A DNA stretch of 64,000 nt from Octopus sinensis (Eukaryota), in the NCBI RefSeq assembly GCF_006345805.1, contig NC_042998.1, forward strand, positions 142,166,001-142,230,000, in the 5' to 3' direction. The position numbers and the translations under genes are program-made. Under the pieces are notes generated by a model, which saw only the letters and a program-made list of their open reading frames with translations, did not search any database and had not been told where the DNA came from. Of this stretch, positions 13,217 to 25,795 are shown one piece after another. Every line of letters begins with the position of its first letter. The first letter of the stretch is position 1.

Positions 13217-13285
13217 GAATCAGTTCTGCTGACGATCATTAGACGCAAGTTGTATGTGAAATCACGGTGATACAGAACATAATTC
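13217..13285 (+). ncRNA. Type I hammerhead ribozyme, array copy 3
   Basis: Same motif as copy 1; predicted cleavage after 13272. Confidence 0.75.
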
Positions 13286-13696
13286 ATTTTTGAATGTCTT
13301 GCTTTGAAAAACTGCATTTGGGTATGATTAGTATAATTTTGGTAGTATGACTCTGTCCCTCCTAGTGTGAGGCATTTATGTGTAATAATGCCCTCTATAC
13401 AATATAGATATAATTAATTTGTTCAAAAGAAAAAAAAATTATTTTCGGATTCTTTTCTTTTATGAGGTTTTCACGCTAGCTACCTGATAATTTCTTGTTA
13501 AGATCCCTTATTAAGAGATTATCCTTAATTGTTAAACTTATTCCGAAATACTTTTCATTACCCGACATGCAGTTCGTAAAAAGCCCGCCATTTACCGGAT
13601 ATATGGTTTATGAACATTCCATGTGCTTGGCCGGAGTGAGCAGTTGTCTGTTCGTTCGTCTTCGCTACGTAGGTTAGTTTATTTATGATGTATTCA

Positions 13697-13764
13697 GAAT
13701 CAGTTCTGCTGACGATCATTAGACGCAAGTTGTATGTGAAATCACGGTGATACAGACATAATTC
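13697..13764 (+). ncRNA. Type I hammerhead ribozyme, array copy 4
   Basis: Same motif with a 1-nt deletion in stem I (CAGAC); predicted cleavage after 13752. Confidence 0.7.
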
Positions 13765-14012
13765 ATTTTTGAATGTCTTGCTTTGAAAAACTGCATTTGG
13801 GTATGATTAGTATAATTTTGGTAGTAATGACTCTGTCCCTCCTAGTGTGAGGCATTTATGTGTAATATGCCCTCTATACATATAGATATAATTATTTGTT
13901 CAAAAGAAAAAAATTATTTTCGGATTCTTTTCTTTTATGAGGTTTTCACGCTAGCTACCTGATAATTTCTTGTTAAGATCCCTTATTAAGAGATATCCTT
14001 AATTGTTAAACT

Positions 14013-14013
<1 letters not shown>

Positions 14014-14046
<33 letters not shown>

Positions 14047-14167
14047 AATAGGATTTCTATATAAACAACGCGTGTATCCACTTTTAGGCATTGACTACGC
14101 TTTCTTCTAATTCATTATTAATGTGTATGTGTGTATGCGTACATAAATACACTTATATATATATATA

Positions 14168-14236
<69 letters not shown>

Positions 14237-14400
14237 AATAGGATTTCTATATAAACAACGCGTGTATCCACTTTTAGGCATTGACTACGCTTTCTTCTAA
14301 TTCATTATTAATGTGTATGTGTGTATGCGTACATAAATACACTTATATATATATATATATATATGGTGTGTGTGTGTGTGTGTATGTGTGTAGGTATGTA
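14014..14400. repeat. Direct tandem duplication, period 190 bp, with TA/TG microsatellite junctions
   Basis: gtgaataggatttctatataaacaacgcgtg...cataaatacactta occurs at ~14044 and ~14234. Confidence 0.9.
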
Positions 14401-14424
14401 TATGTGTATATATATATATATATA

Positions 14425-14465
<41 letters not shown>

Positions 14466-14975
14466 CTGAAATTTCTTCACGGCAAAAATTATCGCTAGAG
14501 TTTCTTTCTCTATTTGAATATAGTTTTTCTCTGCCGCTATCAGAGAACGTGTGGCATGAACCACCGCCTTCATATTACCGTCTTTATATTATTGTAGCAT
14601 TACTGCTCCTATGCCGTATTCAGAAGATACAATAATCTCCACAGGAGCCAGCAACAAATCCGATATTAATATTTTTTTAATATTGTCAAACGCCTTTTGA
14701 CAATTATTTGGCCAATTCCATTTCATAATCTTTTTTTGCAAATTATTCAGTGGAGCTCCCAATACATGTACATTTGGTATATAATTTTCATAATGATTCG
14801 CTAGACCTAGAAAAGCTTGTAAGGTCGTTATATTAGTCGGAGGAGGCAAATTTTTAATTGCGTCTCCTTCATCAAAATGTTTTACCACAGCAAAAGTTAC
14901 CGATCTTTTTGGCTTGAACACTGTTACTGCGTTTTTCTTAATTTGGAAACATTCCTTAGTCTTGGTACACAGACC

Positions 14976-15777
14976 GGATCTTTTCCTTTTGAAGGCCATA
15001 TTTCAACACAATTTCTAGTTAACTAAACACTTTAAAACTTCGTATACTGGTAGAATGTGTCAAAAGAAAACATTATTTTCACTTGGCTTTCTTGATAAAT
15101 TTTTAATTCGTTTGTTTAACGTAGTTTAATTTTTCGAATTTTAACCAATGAATCGCCTCTATTTGAGCTGAAATCATTTGCTGCGTCTAAAAACTGAGAC
15201 AACATCCTGTAACTAACCCTCACCCTCCCCCTAACCCTAACCCTAATCCTAACCCTATTTTTTTTTCTTAATTGTTAAATTAATTTAATTGTTACGCGTG
15301 TAAAAAAACTAAAGCAATGGAAAATAATTTAAGCAATTAAGATACAAAATAATTCTATAATTTTATACACACGCTTTCCCTACGTATACGGAAATCGTGT
15401 GTATAAAAATTATAGAATTATTTTGTATGTTAATTGTTTAAATTATTTTCCATTGCTTTAGTTTTTTTTTTACACGCATAACAATTAAATTAATTCAACA
15501 ATTAAGAAAAAAAAATTAGGGTTAGGGGGAGGGGAGGGTTAGTTACGGATGTTGTCTCAGTTGTAGACGCAGCAAATGACTTTAGCTCAAAAGAGAGCAT
15601 TGGATTGGTTAAAATTCGAAAAATTAAACTACGTTAAACAAACGAATTACAAATTTATCAAGAAAGCCAAGTGAAAATAATGTTTTCTTTTGACACATTC
15701 TACCAGTATACGAAGTTTTAAAGTGTTTAGTTAACTAGAAATTGTGTTGAAATCTGGCCTTCAAAAGGAAAAGATCC
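14976..15777. mobile_element. Foldback DNA element (~800 bp, almost entirely inverted repeat) with 8-bp TSD
   Basis: Arms of ~400 bp with GGATCTTTTCC...GGAAAAGATCC ends. TSD CACAGACC at 14968-14975 and 15778-15785. Internal (CCCTAA)n/(TTAGGG)n tracts. Confidence 0.92.
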
Positions 15778-16158
15778 CACAGACCTAATTTATCCGACAT
15801 TTTAAAATTTTCTTCTTCAGTTCATCTGACGCCTTATTCTTACTGGCGGAATAATCATATATGTTTTTACAGAACAGATTTATGGGGAGGTCCCATAAAT
15901 CAAACAACTCCATCTAGTCAGTACCGAACGAGTTTGTTAAAAATAACACAAACACTTTGGCTTTACAGGTTTCACCACGAAATGTAATGTCGCTTACCAT
16001 TTCGCCTAAGAAGTGTAATCTTTCACCTGCGACGCCTCACGCACATTTCGATGTTTTCTTTAATGTAGGTTTCCCGATTTTCTTCTATGTGTCGGTATCA
16101 ATAATTGTAATGTTGCTACATGTGTTGGTTATTCACATTCGCGTCGTTTATTTATATA

Positions 16159-16541
16159 CTAGCAGTATCACCCGGCGTTGCTCGGGTTTGTAAGGGAAAT
16201 AACTATAAAGCATTTTTAGAGAGTTATAGCCAAAAAATAGCAAAAAAATGGAAAAAAAATTATGGTAAATTTTTTTGAGAGTTAAAAAGGTGGAGTTGCG
16301 TCCCCTAGACAGTCTGTGGTTTGTGTTTCTGATTCTCGACCCCATGTCGAATTTATCGATTTTTTTCAGAACTGGGGGAACTTTTCAAAATTTTCGCTGC
16401 GTTAGTTTTGAATTATGACATTGGGCTATGTGTGTATCAAGTTTCATCAGAATCGGTTGAAAGCCGTGGTCATGGTGAGGGTACAACCTAACAGACACAC
16501 AGACACACACACAGACAAACTCCCGTTTATATATAGAGAGA
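16159..16541 (-). mobile_element. Non-autonomous Helitron
   Basis: Minus strand ends CCCGAGCAACGCCGGG hairpin then CTAG; begins TC-rich (tctctctatatataaac). No TSD. Longer relative at 62748-63530. Confidence 0.8.
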
Positions 16542-17844
16542 TAGACATACTTTCTTCTTTGGGTGTCGTCACGACTTTCCGTTGAGCAAACCTTTTTAGA
16601 AGAATCATTCTCTTCCGACCTGTTTTTCTACGTTATGCAGTGCTAGCTTTTATATCCTATTTTTTGACAACAAAAACATTTTCGTATTTTAAATGGACAG
16701 ACTTTCTTAAAATGCAGACCTCCACACCCATAGCATGGATTTAGTCGTAACATTCTTTTTTCTTTATATATTTCCGTTTGAAAAGTCTGAACTCGAGGGA
16801 AATTTTTGTCTTCAATTTTCTTTAAGTCCTGTCGCATGTTGATAACTCTTTGACATCCCTCTGCTACTGCCTGCAGGGTTAATTTCTGATCCTCCTGTTC
16901 TAGTTTTGTAAGAATCCGTGCACGTATTTCTGCATCTTGTTTGCCGTCAAACCTTGCACAAAGATGAAGCATTTAAATATGTCAGGAGATAATTCCCCCA
17001 GTTTAAATTTTTTGCACATTCTATTTACGATTCCGGCATAACTGACAAAATTTTTGTCCCCTTCTTTTACTAAGTTTAAACACTCCCAGCGTGTGTTAAA
17101 CAGGGAACACTTATCGCTGTTCATTTTGGATAGCAATTCAATTGTTTCCTCGAAACAAATTTTACTTGTTTTCTGAGGAAGATGAAATTGCTCTATTTTT
17201 CATGTTCTGAAGGACCTAGTTTCCGTAACAGTAGTCTCATTTTTCATCATCTGTCCAACATTTGCATTCTTCCTAGAAGATTTCTTATCTTCTGAAGTGT
17301 GCCGTAACGTTATACCCTCTTCTGGGTTATTACTAAATTCTGTTGTAGCATTCGCTACGCCGTCTGGCGAAAACGAACTTGTAGTGTTTTCCGATATCAA
17401 CATCAGTTCCGGCAACTGATTGTGTTGTAGTTGTTGGTGCAACTCTCGTTGCTGCTGTTTTCAAAAATTGGGCCTCGTACACATGATCGAGCGGAGGACG
17501 CTATGATAAAGTTTTAGTATAATCATTGTGACGTCAAGCCCTCAACGCTTTTTGGTTGGGACTGATGTACTACAGGAAGCATAAAACATCAATCTTCTGA
17601 CTTTTAGGAGTAGAGGGCTCCACTGACAATTTGGTAATTGGGCCCCGCACTCTCTAGAGTCGGCCCTGCACACACACTCATATAAAAATTACGTCTTTAA
17701 CAGGTCATTTAACCATCAATTTTTCTAACGGCCTAATATTTCTATCGGTTTGTCGCCTTTAAACTTGAGATTTTTGGCGTATTAAATTTACATTTAAGTT
17801 TTTCAAAGTCCTAAAAAATACATTAGTTATTTTTTGTTATCTTT

Positions 17845-18036
17845 ATCTTTTATCTGTTACTTGTTTCAGTCATTAGACTGCGGTCATGCTGGGGCACCGC
17901 CTTGAAGAATTTTTAGTCGAATGTATTGATCCAATTACTTATTCTATTGGTCGCTTTTGCCGAAGCGCTAAGTTTCGGGGATGTAAACACACCTGCACCT
18001 GTTGTCAAAGACACAAACACTTTCTCTCTCCCTCCC

Positions 18037-18069
<33 letters not shown>

Positions 18070-18084
18070 AATACACACACACAT

Positions 18085-18162
<78 letters not shown>

Positions 18163-18310
18163 CACACACACATATACGACGGGTGTCTCTCAGTTTCCGT
18201 CTACCAAATTCACACACAAAGCTTTGATTGGCCCTAGTCTAGAGTAGAAGACACTTTCCCAAGGTCCCAAGCATGAAGTTGGGAAGGAATCTTCTTACCA
18301 CACAGCCACA
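17845..18310 (-). mobile_element. tRNA-derived SINE, family C, with internal microsatellite
   Basis: ttacttgtttcagtcatt..ctggggcaccgcc tail and cagtttccgtctaccaaattcac..cttcttaccacacagcca head. Shared with 55240-55700 and 58275-58690. Confidence 0.75.
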
Positions 18311-18914
18311 ATGAAAAAAAATGTGGCAGACTAATTTTAATGGACGAAAATTTTCGATTGCAACTAAAGAGACAAACTGTGAAACGTTTGAGATCATATT
18401 CGCGATTTATGAAACCAAATCAAATATTCACGCGTCCCGAGCGGATATAATAACTGAATTCTGCCTTTATAGTCCCTCTATACATGGTTACATAGATGAT
18501 GTTGTCGAACTTATGATGAAAGACCCGTAATATGCATAATACATACATAAATGCAAAACATACATGCAAAAACAAATACATACATGCACAACTACATGCA
18601 TACATATACATACATACATACACACACACACATACACACACACACACACCACACACACACACACACACACAGATATATAAATACTGATCCGTGATAGAAA
18701 ATTAGTAGCGCTTTAATGCGTGTATTGTGACCTTTAAATAAATAAACAAATGAATAAAAATATGTATATGTGAGTGTATGTGTGTGTATTATATATATGT
18801 GGGTATTTTGTCTGGGGACTGTTGCTGCTGCCACTTACGGTTACTTCCAGAGCAAGAAATATTCCTTGTAAGGGGAGAAAACCATTCCAGGGTTTATTAT
18901 TATTATTATTATTA

Positions 18915-18965
<51 letters not shown>

Positions 18966-19029
18966 TATTTTATTATTATTATTATTATTATTATTATATT
19001 ATTATTATTATATTATTATTATTATTATT

Positions 19030-20847
19030 CTATGTTTGAGTTTTGCTTTATATTTGTACAAGTTGGCTCCAAGTCTCACCCAGAGACCTCAAAAGACAAC
19101 AGGTTGGAAGTTCATGTTGTTGTTATGCCTAGTGTGCCATATATTTGGTGAGGGGGGGGGAGTTTTTGGTGTTGTACTAATGAATGTCTAAAAAAAACGA
19201 AAATTATGTTTGTTTTAAACCTTGAGATTACATAGAAAGTATTTTGCGTAGGATATCAGCAGTTCCCATGAGCACTATCTTTTGAATTTCTGCCATTTTG
19301 GGGTTTCCTGGTATCTGAGTTAGGTAGCTATCAGCCCCTTTTGCTATTATTCCCAGGGCACCTATGACAACAGGTATTGTTTTAGTCTTCAGGTTCCACA
19401 TTTTGCTGATTTCTATTTCAAGATCTTTATATTTGCTCAGTTTTTGGTATGTCTTGACAGATACGTTTATATCGATTGGGACAGTCATATCAATGAGGAG
19501 GCATGTTCTTTGTTTGAAGTCTTTCAATATGATGTCTGGCCTATTTGCATCTATCTTTCTGTCAGTTTGAATGGTGAAGTTCCAGAGGAGTGAGATGTGG
19601 TCATTTTCAAGCACTGGGGGTGGTTTGTGTTCCCACCAGTTTTTTTCATGGGGCAAATCCAGGTTTTTGCAGATTACCCAATGAATATATTGTGCAGCTC
19701 TATCGTGTCTGTTGAGATACTCTGTAGGCGCTAGAAGACTGCACTTGGAGACCACATGGTCAATGGTTTCATTTTGTTGCTGGCATACACGACACGTTGG
19801 ACTGCTTCTGATCTTTAATATGTTGGCCTGGTAGTTTCTTGTTGGTAGGCATTGATCTTGAGCTGCTATGATAAACCCCTCTGTTTCAGATTTTAAGCCA
19901 GAGGCCATTAGCCATTGATGGGTCAGGGCTTTGTCAACATCTGCATTATTTGCTCTCTTTCGGTATTTGCCATAGAGAGGTTTTTCTTGCCATTTATCAT
20001 TCAGAATATCTAAGGCCGCAGATTTAGCACGGGTTTTCATGCGCTTAGCTTTTTCTGTGCCTGTTTCTTGTATGTCTATCTCTAATTCCGAAATTTGTTG
20101 TATTCGGAATTCACTTAGATATTCCTTTGCCTGTTTTGTTACTGAGTATGATGCTTTCTTGTTTTCATGTTTTGAGACAAGTTTTAACATCCAGTCCTCA
20201 GAGTTTTTCAGGTAGGTGTCTAGGCCAATTGTAGCAATCTTCATTGTTATTGCCAGTTGTAAAAGTCCACGGCCTCCCTCTTTTCTTGGCAGATAAAGTC
20301 GTTCTGTATCTGCCTTAGGGTGGTGCATTCTATGCATTGTCAACAGTTTTCGAATTTTTCTGTCAAGATTACATATTTCAGTAATTGACCAGTTAACGAT
20401 ATTGAAACTGTAAGTCACAACTGGTATGGCTAATGCATTGATCGCTTCGATCATGTTTCTCGCATTCAGCTCTGTCTTGAGTATTGCTCTTACTCTGCGA
20501 TAACATTCTCTCCTGATCCTTTCCTTCATCTCTGAATGCCTTATTCCTTCTCCTTCAATTACCCCTAGATACTTGTAGTTCTCTGCTGGGTCTAATTCTT
20601 TTATGACATTCTGCTGGTCAAGGTTAACGTTAGATGTTTCTGTCATTTTTCCTTTGATAAAGGTAGCTTTTGCACACTTATCGAGGCCAAATTGCATTCT
20701 GATGTCATCACTGAATTGTTTGACAATCGCTAGTAAGCCCTTGAGTTGTTGGTCATTTTTTGCAAAGAGCTTTAAATCATCCATGTAAATGAGATGATTT
20801 ATATTTTTATCAAACATTTTATACCCGTACTGCGCGTCATTGAGCAG

Positions 20848-20850
<3 letters not shown>
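19030..20850 (-). mobile_element. 5'-truncated young R4/Dong-like LINE inserted in (AAT)n
   Basis: Flanked by (ATT)n at ~18896-19029 and 20851-20950. Uninterrupted reading frame. 3' UTR shared with the copy at 1-2135. Confidence 0.95.
19228..20850 (-). CDS. C-terminal ~540 aa of a non-LTR retrotransposon protein: RT (YMDD), thumb, CCHC knuckle, REL endonuclease
   Basis: HLIYMDDLKLF; YKYLG; CRVCQQQNETIDHVVSKC; RHD; RPDIILKD..LLIDMTVP..KLSKY; IPVVIGALG. The upstream part of the called 633-aa ORF is microsatellite and flank read-through. Confidence 0.93.
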
Positions 20851-20937
<87 letters not shown>

Positions 20938-22233
20938 GTTATTATTATTATGAGAGTTCTTTTTCGTAAGAGTGAGAAAGTATACGAAATATTTCCATAT
21001 AATCCATGTTTTTTCCTTCTTCGGTGCCCTAGTGGCTGTAGATAGCATCATTTTACCCTTCTTATAGGCGCACGCAACAATGTATGTGTGTGTGTGTGTG
21101 CGCACGCATGTGCAATTTAATAAACACACGATTTAAATGTGAGCTACTATACGTTTCATGGTCTGACAGTACATTAATACATTAATTGTATAGCAAACCG
21201 TATACTATCCTGCAATTTTCAAGACTCAAAGTACAAGCTCGTCTGCCAGCTGTACTCTCTTTCGCTGGATGGAGTACTATTTCGCATATTGATATATATA
21301 TACATACATACAGATAAACACACACATACACACATGCATTCATACATGCATACATGCATACATAACCTGCATGAGGGTTCGTATTATCATCTGTATACGT
21401 ATTTCTGATAATCTTCCTGAAACATGTCTAAATTCGCAGGTATTTCAATGAAGACATGAAGATACAGATGCACCCTTGCACTCGCGCACACACATAGACA
21501 CAATCTCACACACACTCTTCATTCATATACACACATACGTACGCATCCACACTAACACACGCACATATATGTCTATACATGCGTACATACATACGCACAT
21601 AAATGCAGAGACAGGCAGGCAGACGGACAGACAGCCAAACTGACACGCAGGCAGACGGATAGACAAACATATAGATGTCGTTACGGTGTTCCAGCATGGC
21701 CACCGTCAAATGACTAAAACAAGTAAAGGAATAAATGGATAGGTAGAGAGGGAAGGAGAGCGAGGGAGAGCGATAGAGAGAGAGAGAGATAAAGGGAGAG
21801 GGGAGGAGAGAGAGACAGACAGATAGACAGAATGATAGATAGATGGATAGATAGACAGACAGACACATAAACAGACAGACAGATAGATGTATGGCGTGTT
21901 TCTTTATTCTGGGGGAGACGTTCTTATTTGTTTAACTTTCTTCTCCACTGACCTACTTCTGACAACAGAAATCACGAACGACGACGACGACATGACCTGC
22001 ACTGACACACGCACGCACGCACACTCACTCACACACACGCACACACTCACTCACACACACACACGCACACACTCACACACACACATACACTCACTCACAC
22101 ACACACATACACTCACTCACACACACACACGCACACACACCCATACATACACACATAAGCTGGGATTCCCACGGGAAACAATGAGACAAAAGTTGAGAGT
22201 TGCAGCAGCATCAACATCATTACTGTCTGTACA

Positions 22234-22264
<31 letters not shown>

Positions 22265-22774
22265 TGCGCGCGCGTGTGAGCGTGTGTGAGTGCACGCGCG
22301 CATGTGTGTGTGATATATATATATGTCTGTGTCTATGCGTGTGTGTGTGTGTGTCTGTGTCTTTGAGTGTTACTGTGGTACGTGTACGTTCGGGTATGCG
22401 TCGGGGTAGAATATATATCTTCAGTCAGTTTTGTGACCTCTCGCAAGATGGCTGTCACTTACTGCAGTTGGTTTCTGGCGAGCGTATGCGTGTGAAAGTG
22501 TGTGTGCATGTGTCAGTGTGTGAGTGTGCATATCTGCATGCATGTGTGTTTGAGTGAGTGAATGTGTATGTACATGTGATTACGAGATAGAGAGTGTGTG
22601 TGTGCTTTTACGCATGCGTGCATAGTCTCAGGTGCACTTTACATGTGCAGAATATTTTCTTCGTTAAGAAGTACACATACACGCTCATAGATGCAGTCTC
22701 TTATATGCAAACACATAAATCGACTCAGACACAGATTCAAAGATACTAACATACATACATATAATACGAGATGA

Positions 22775-23340
22775 ATAGCCCGTCGTTGCCGGGAAATTTT
22801 TACACAGAATGTCGTATATAGATTTTTGTTTATTCCCTGTCAGACCATGCCTTCCCCGACAGACAGGCCTCCTGATCAAGACAGATTTGTACAATTTTTC
22901 GCAATAAAACTTTGTTGAGGACTTTTTCCTTTTTAAATTATTTACGTCTGTTCGATCGTTTCACGTGACTTTATTCGTTAAAACTTATTAAAACTTCAGA
23001 AGTTCTTACAACTTTGGTCGTCATAAGGCTTTACTTTCGTTTGTTTAATAAAAACTCTTCCTCCTAATGATTTTGCTTTCATTTTGTGATAGACGACTAT
23101 CATGCAGAAAATGCCAGCTTCCAAATCTTGTTTTCTGATTAGGTAAAATTGATTAAACATTAAACCACAGTAACATTTTTCTGCAAATTTCTGGAACAAA
23201 TAAATAACAAAATCGGACTTAACGTGGGAAATTATTTCAATATACCAAATTTGAATATGTTGATGTAATTTCAAAATTTCAGAATATGTGACAGCAACAG
23301 GGAAGACCCTACAAAAGTAGAGACACATTTATAAAACGTC
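22775..23340 (-). mobile_element. Possible decayed non-autonomous Helitron
   Basis: Left end has cccgtcgttgccggg hairpin resembling the 16159 and 62748 termini; the rest is weakly supported. Confidence 0.35.
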
Positions 23341-24259
23341 TCACACACACACACACACACAACACAGATTTACAAACGTAATCACGGGTTTAAAATGGTT
23401 TATAGTAGACATTTGTATATATGTATGTGTGTGTGCGCGTCTGTGTGTGAGTGTTTCTTTGCGATGAACAGCAGAAAAGTCACCAATGAACAATTGTTGT
23501 CAACTTACCCCCTCTCTCCTTAAAGCTACATATTCCTCACACCCACCTTTCTTTCGCTTCTTCATCGCTTTAAAAGCTCTATTAACATTTTCATCCCACT
23601 GCTACTCCATATTTGTCGTTTACATGACTTTGGCTTCCCCTTCCTTGATATCAGCCGCACTTACTATGTCACTATATTTCCCTCACACTAACACTCTTGC
23701 ACCCTTCTCATTTGATCAAATAATTGCCCAACCGAGTAAAATAAATGAGTTGACCGGTAACGCCGAGAAAGCGGGGGTTATTCCCAGTTTCCGTTTACCA
23801 TTACACTGTTCCATGTCCTATCCCGTTTCCTGTTCAGTTCCCGTCTTTATGCCCAACCCGTCGTTTATGGTAATAGTTTATTGCTATAAATTCGATTGGT
23901 GGGTGAATAAGGAATGTCCCTATATTATTTTAACAAACGAATGTGCATCTGAGTAAAATAAACTAGATAAATAGACTAATTTACAAATACATTAACAATA
24001 GTCCGCGTATTGTAGCTGGTGTTGTGACGTGTCGTAGCTTATCGTAGCCGATTTGTAGACATGTGCTACAGCCACCCCACCCTAGGGGGTCCATTATAGA
24101 TTTTTATTGAAATCCAATTAGCCTATAATTCCACTGAATGTTAGTTTAACATGTTTGCAAAATTTTGTCAATGTTGGTTCACTGGTGTAGGCGGCAAAAT
24201 GATAACAGACAGATAGACATAAATTGCCTTTTATGTAATAGATTTATGAGAAGACTAAG

Positions 24260-24465
24260 ACGACGAGCTGGTGGAATCGTTAGCACGCCGGGCAAAATGC
24301 TTAGCAGCAGTTCGTCCCGTCTTCACGTTCTGAGTTCAAATTTCGCAGTGGTTGACTTTGCCTTTCATCTTTTAGGAGTCGATAAAATAAGTACCAGTTG
24401 AACACAGGGGTCGATGTAATTGACTTGCACCCTTCCTCAAAATTCCTGGTCTTGTACCAAAAACT
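24260..24465 (+). mobile_element. tRNA-derived SINE, family A
   Basis: gagctggtggaatcgttagcacgccgggc..gttctgagttcaaatt..gtcgataaaataagtacc. Confidence 0.8.
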
Positions 24466-24776
24466 GAAGCCAATATTTCTGAAACGACTCGTAGCCTCGT
24501 GGTTAGTTACACTCAAAATCCTTGTTTCGATCCCCAGAATTGTTTTCTTGATCAAAACACTTCATTTCACGGACGTGTGACACACTGTACACCTGTACAG
24601 GCAATATCAATTTGAAGAAAAGAGTGGGTTAATATACCGGACAAACATTTGATCATTATAAGCAAATCATCTTTGAAGGTTATTCTGCAAGTGGTTTCAG
24701 AACCTTCAACTGTCGTCTGCATATGTGTGGGTGTTTTGCGAGGAATTGAGAAGCGGTGACGAGTGACGATTCTATA

Positions 24777-24893
24777 AATACTTTATAAGCTTAAAGTTCA
24801 TAAGCGATCGCCATGTATTGACTAAAGAAATTAGACTATTTCCTTTAACCAATGCCTGGTGATCGCTTATAAGCTTTAAGCTTATAAAATATT
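24777..24893. repeat. Imperfect ~117-bp palindrome (small foldback/MITE-like)
   Basis: aatactttataagcttaaagttcataagcgatcgcca pairs with tggtgatcgcttataagctttaagcttataaaatatt. Inner region also pairs around a short loop. Confidence 0.75.
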
Positions 24894-24906
24894 ATTATCA
24901 TTTACA

Positions 24907-24944
<38 letters not shown>

Positions 24945-25404
24945 CGGGACGCGACGAACATCGTTGCAACAGTGATCCACGAGAATCTCAGACGCATTTC
25001 TTCCTCCTTGTAACTTGTTAATGGCGTGTACTGTCGATAGTTACATACCTGGACGGATTCTGTCGTCTCCAATATATAGAAAACAGTGAATAATTAATAC
25101 ACTGATAATGTGGAAAGTTACCATGCTTGAATAAAAACTATGTATGCAAATGAAAGAAACATACCTAACGTATATTCACCGTTAACTAGCAAGAAGCAAC
25201 GATATACATTGTGCGAGATATATGTAAGTAGATGCATACGCGAGTGTGTATGTCCATTTAAATATGTGTATATGCAAATATATGTAAATATGCATGTACA
25301 CTCAACGAGAAATTAGAAAAATTGACGTTTGGTGACATAGAATGCACGAAGATAAACGAAATAATATATGTTGAGAAGCAAAGAAAGTACTTCTCAAAAC
25401 TATA

Positions 25405-25795
25405 GGCTGTCATGGCTGTGCGATTAAGAAGCGTGGTTTGCAGCTACGTGGTTCCAGGTTCAGCCCCACGGTGCGGCACTTTGGGCAACTATCTTCTACC
25501 ATAGCTCTAGGCTGACTGGTGTATTGTGGGAGAATTTCAAAGACAGAAGCTGTGTGAAAGCTCGTCGTATATATGTATCGGGGCGGGGGGCTTTATAGAC
25601 GCAGGCACGGCTATGTGGTTAAGGAGCTCGGTTTGCAACTCCGTGGTTTCAGGTTTAATCTCACCAAGCGGCACTTTGCGCAAATGTCTTCTACTATAGC
25701 TTCGCTTTGTGAGTGAATTTGGAAGGTAAAAACTGTATGGAAGCCAGTCATATGCAGACGTGTGTGTGTGCATGTCACTGTGTTTGTGTTTGACA
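25405..25795 (+). mobile_element. Two tandem heads of SINE family C
   Basis: ggctgtgcgattaagaagcg..gttccaggttcagcccc and ggctatgtggttaaggagctc..ggtttcaggtttaatctc, each followed by ggcacttt..tcttctac.atagc. Confidence 0.65.

Larger units (their letters stand above)
11586..14013. repeat. Tandem array of ~476-bp units (~4.4 copies, 11918-14013) preceded by an inverted ~325-bp partial copy (11586-11911); retrozyme/Penelope-like
   Basis: Unit landmarks (tagtaatgac) at 11921, 12397, 12871, 13343 and 13822. 11586-11911 is the reverse complement of 12135-12460. (TA)n on both sides. Confidence 0.95.
14463..17460 (-). mobile_element. Decayed Ty3/gypsy LTR-retrotransposon internal region (gag, protease, RT/RNase H), carrying two nested insertions
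   Basis: gag-like pieces with zinc knuckles CYGCGGLH and CFCCQKIG (16643-16972). Degenerate protease NTCSNITIID at ~16095-16128. LQAFLGLANHY..WNW..CQKAF and [15 protein letters not shown]/RNase H motifs (14343-14999). Homologous to 38900-41338. Confidence 0.88.

Noticed and set aside
11675-13317. Repeated 78-aa ORF MQFFKARHSK.. in the tandem array
   Set aside because: Antisense to the hammerhead strand, no recognisable domain, and not preserved in the diverged homolog at 62400-62722.
11918-14013. CRISPR-like array
   Set aside because: Whole ~476-bp units repeat with no unique spacers, no cas genes, and a eukaryotic context.
15215-15543. True telomere or chromosome fusion site
   Set aside because: Short degenerate tracts inside a TSD-flanked foldback element.
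20851-21129. N-terminal extension of the 633-aa ORF
   Set aside because: Poly-Asn comes from the (AAT)n target tract and the rest is flank read-through.
22160-22180. RBPJ/Su(H)-like site TTCCCACG
   Set aside because: A single 8-mer is expected by chance in 64 kb and no gene context is visible.
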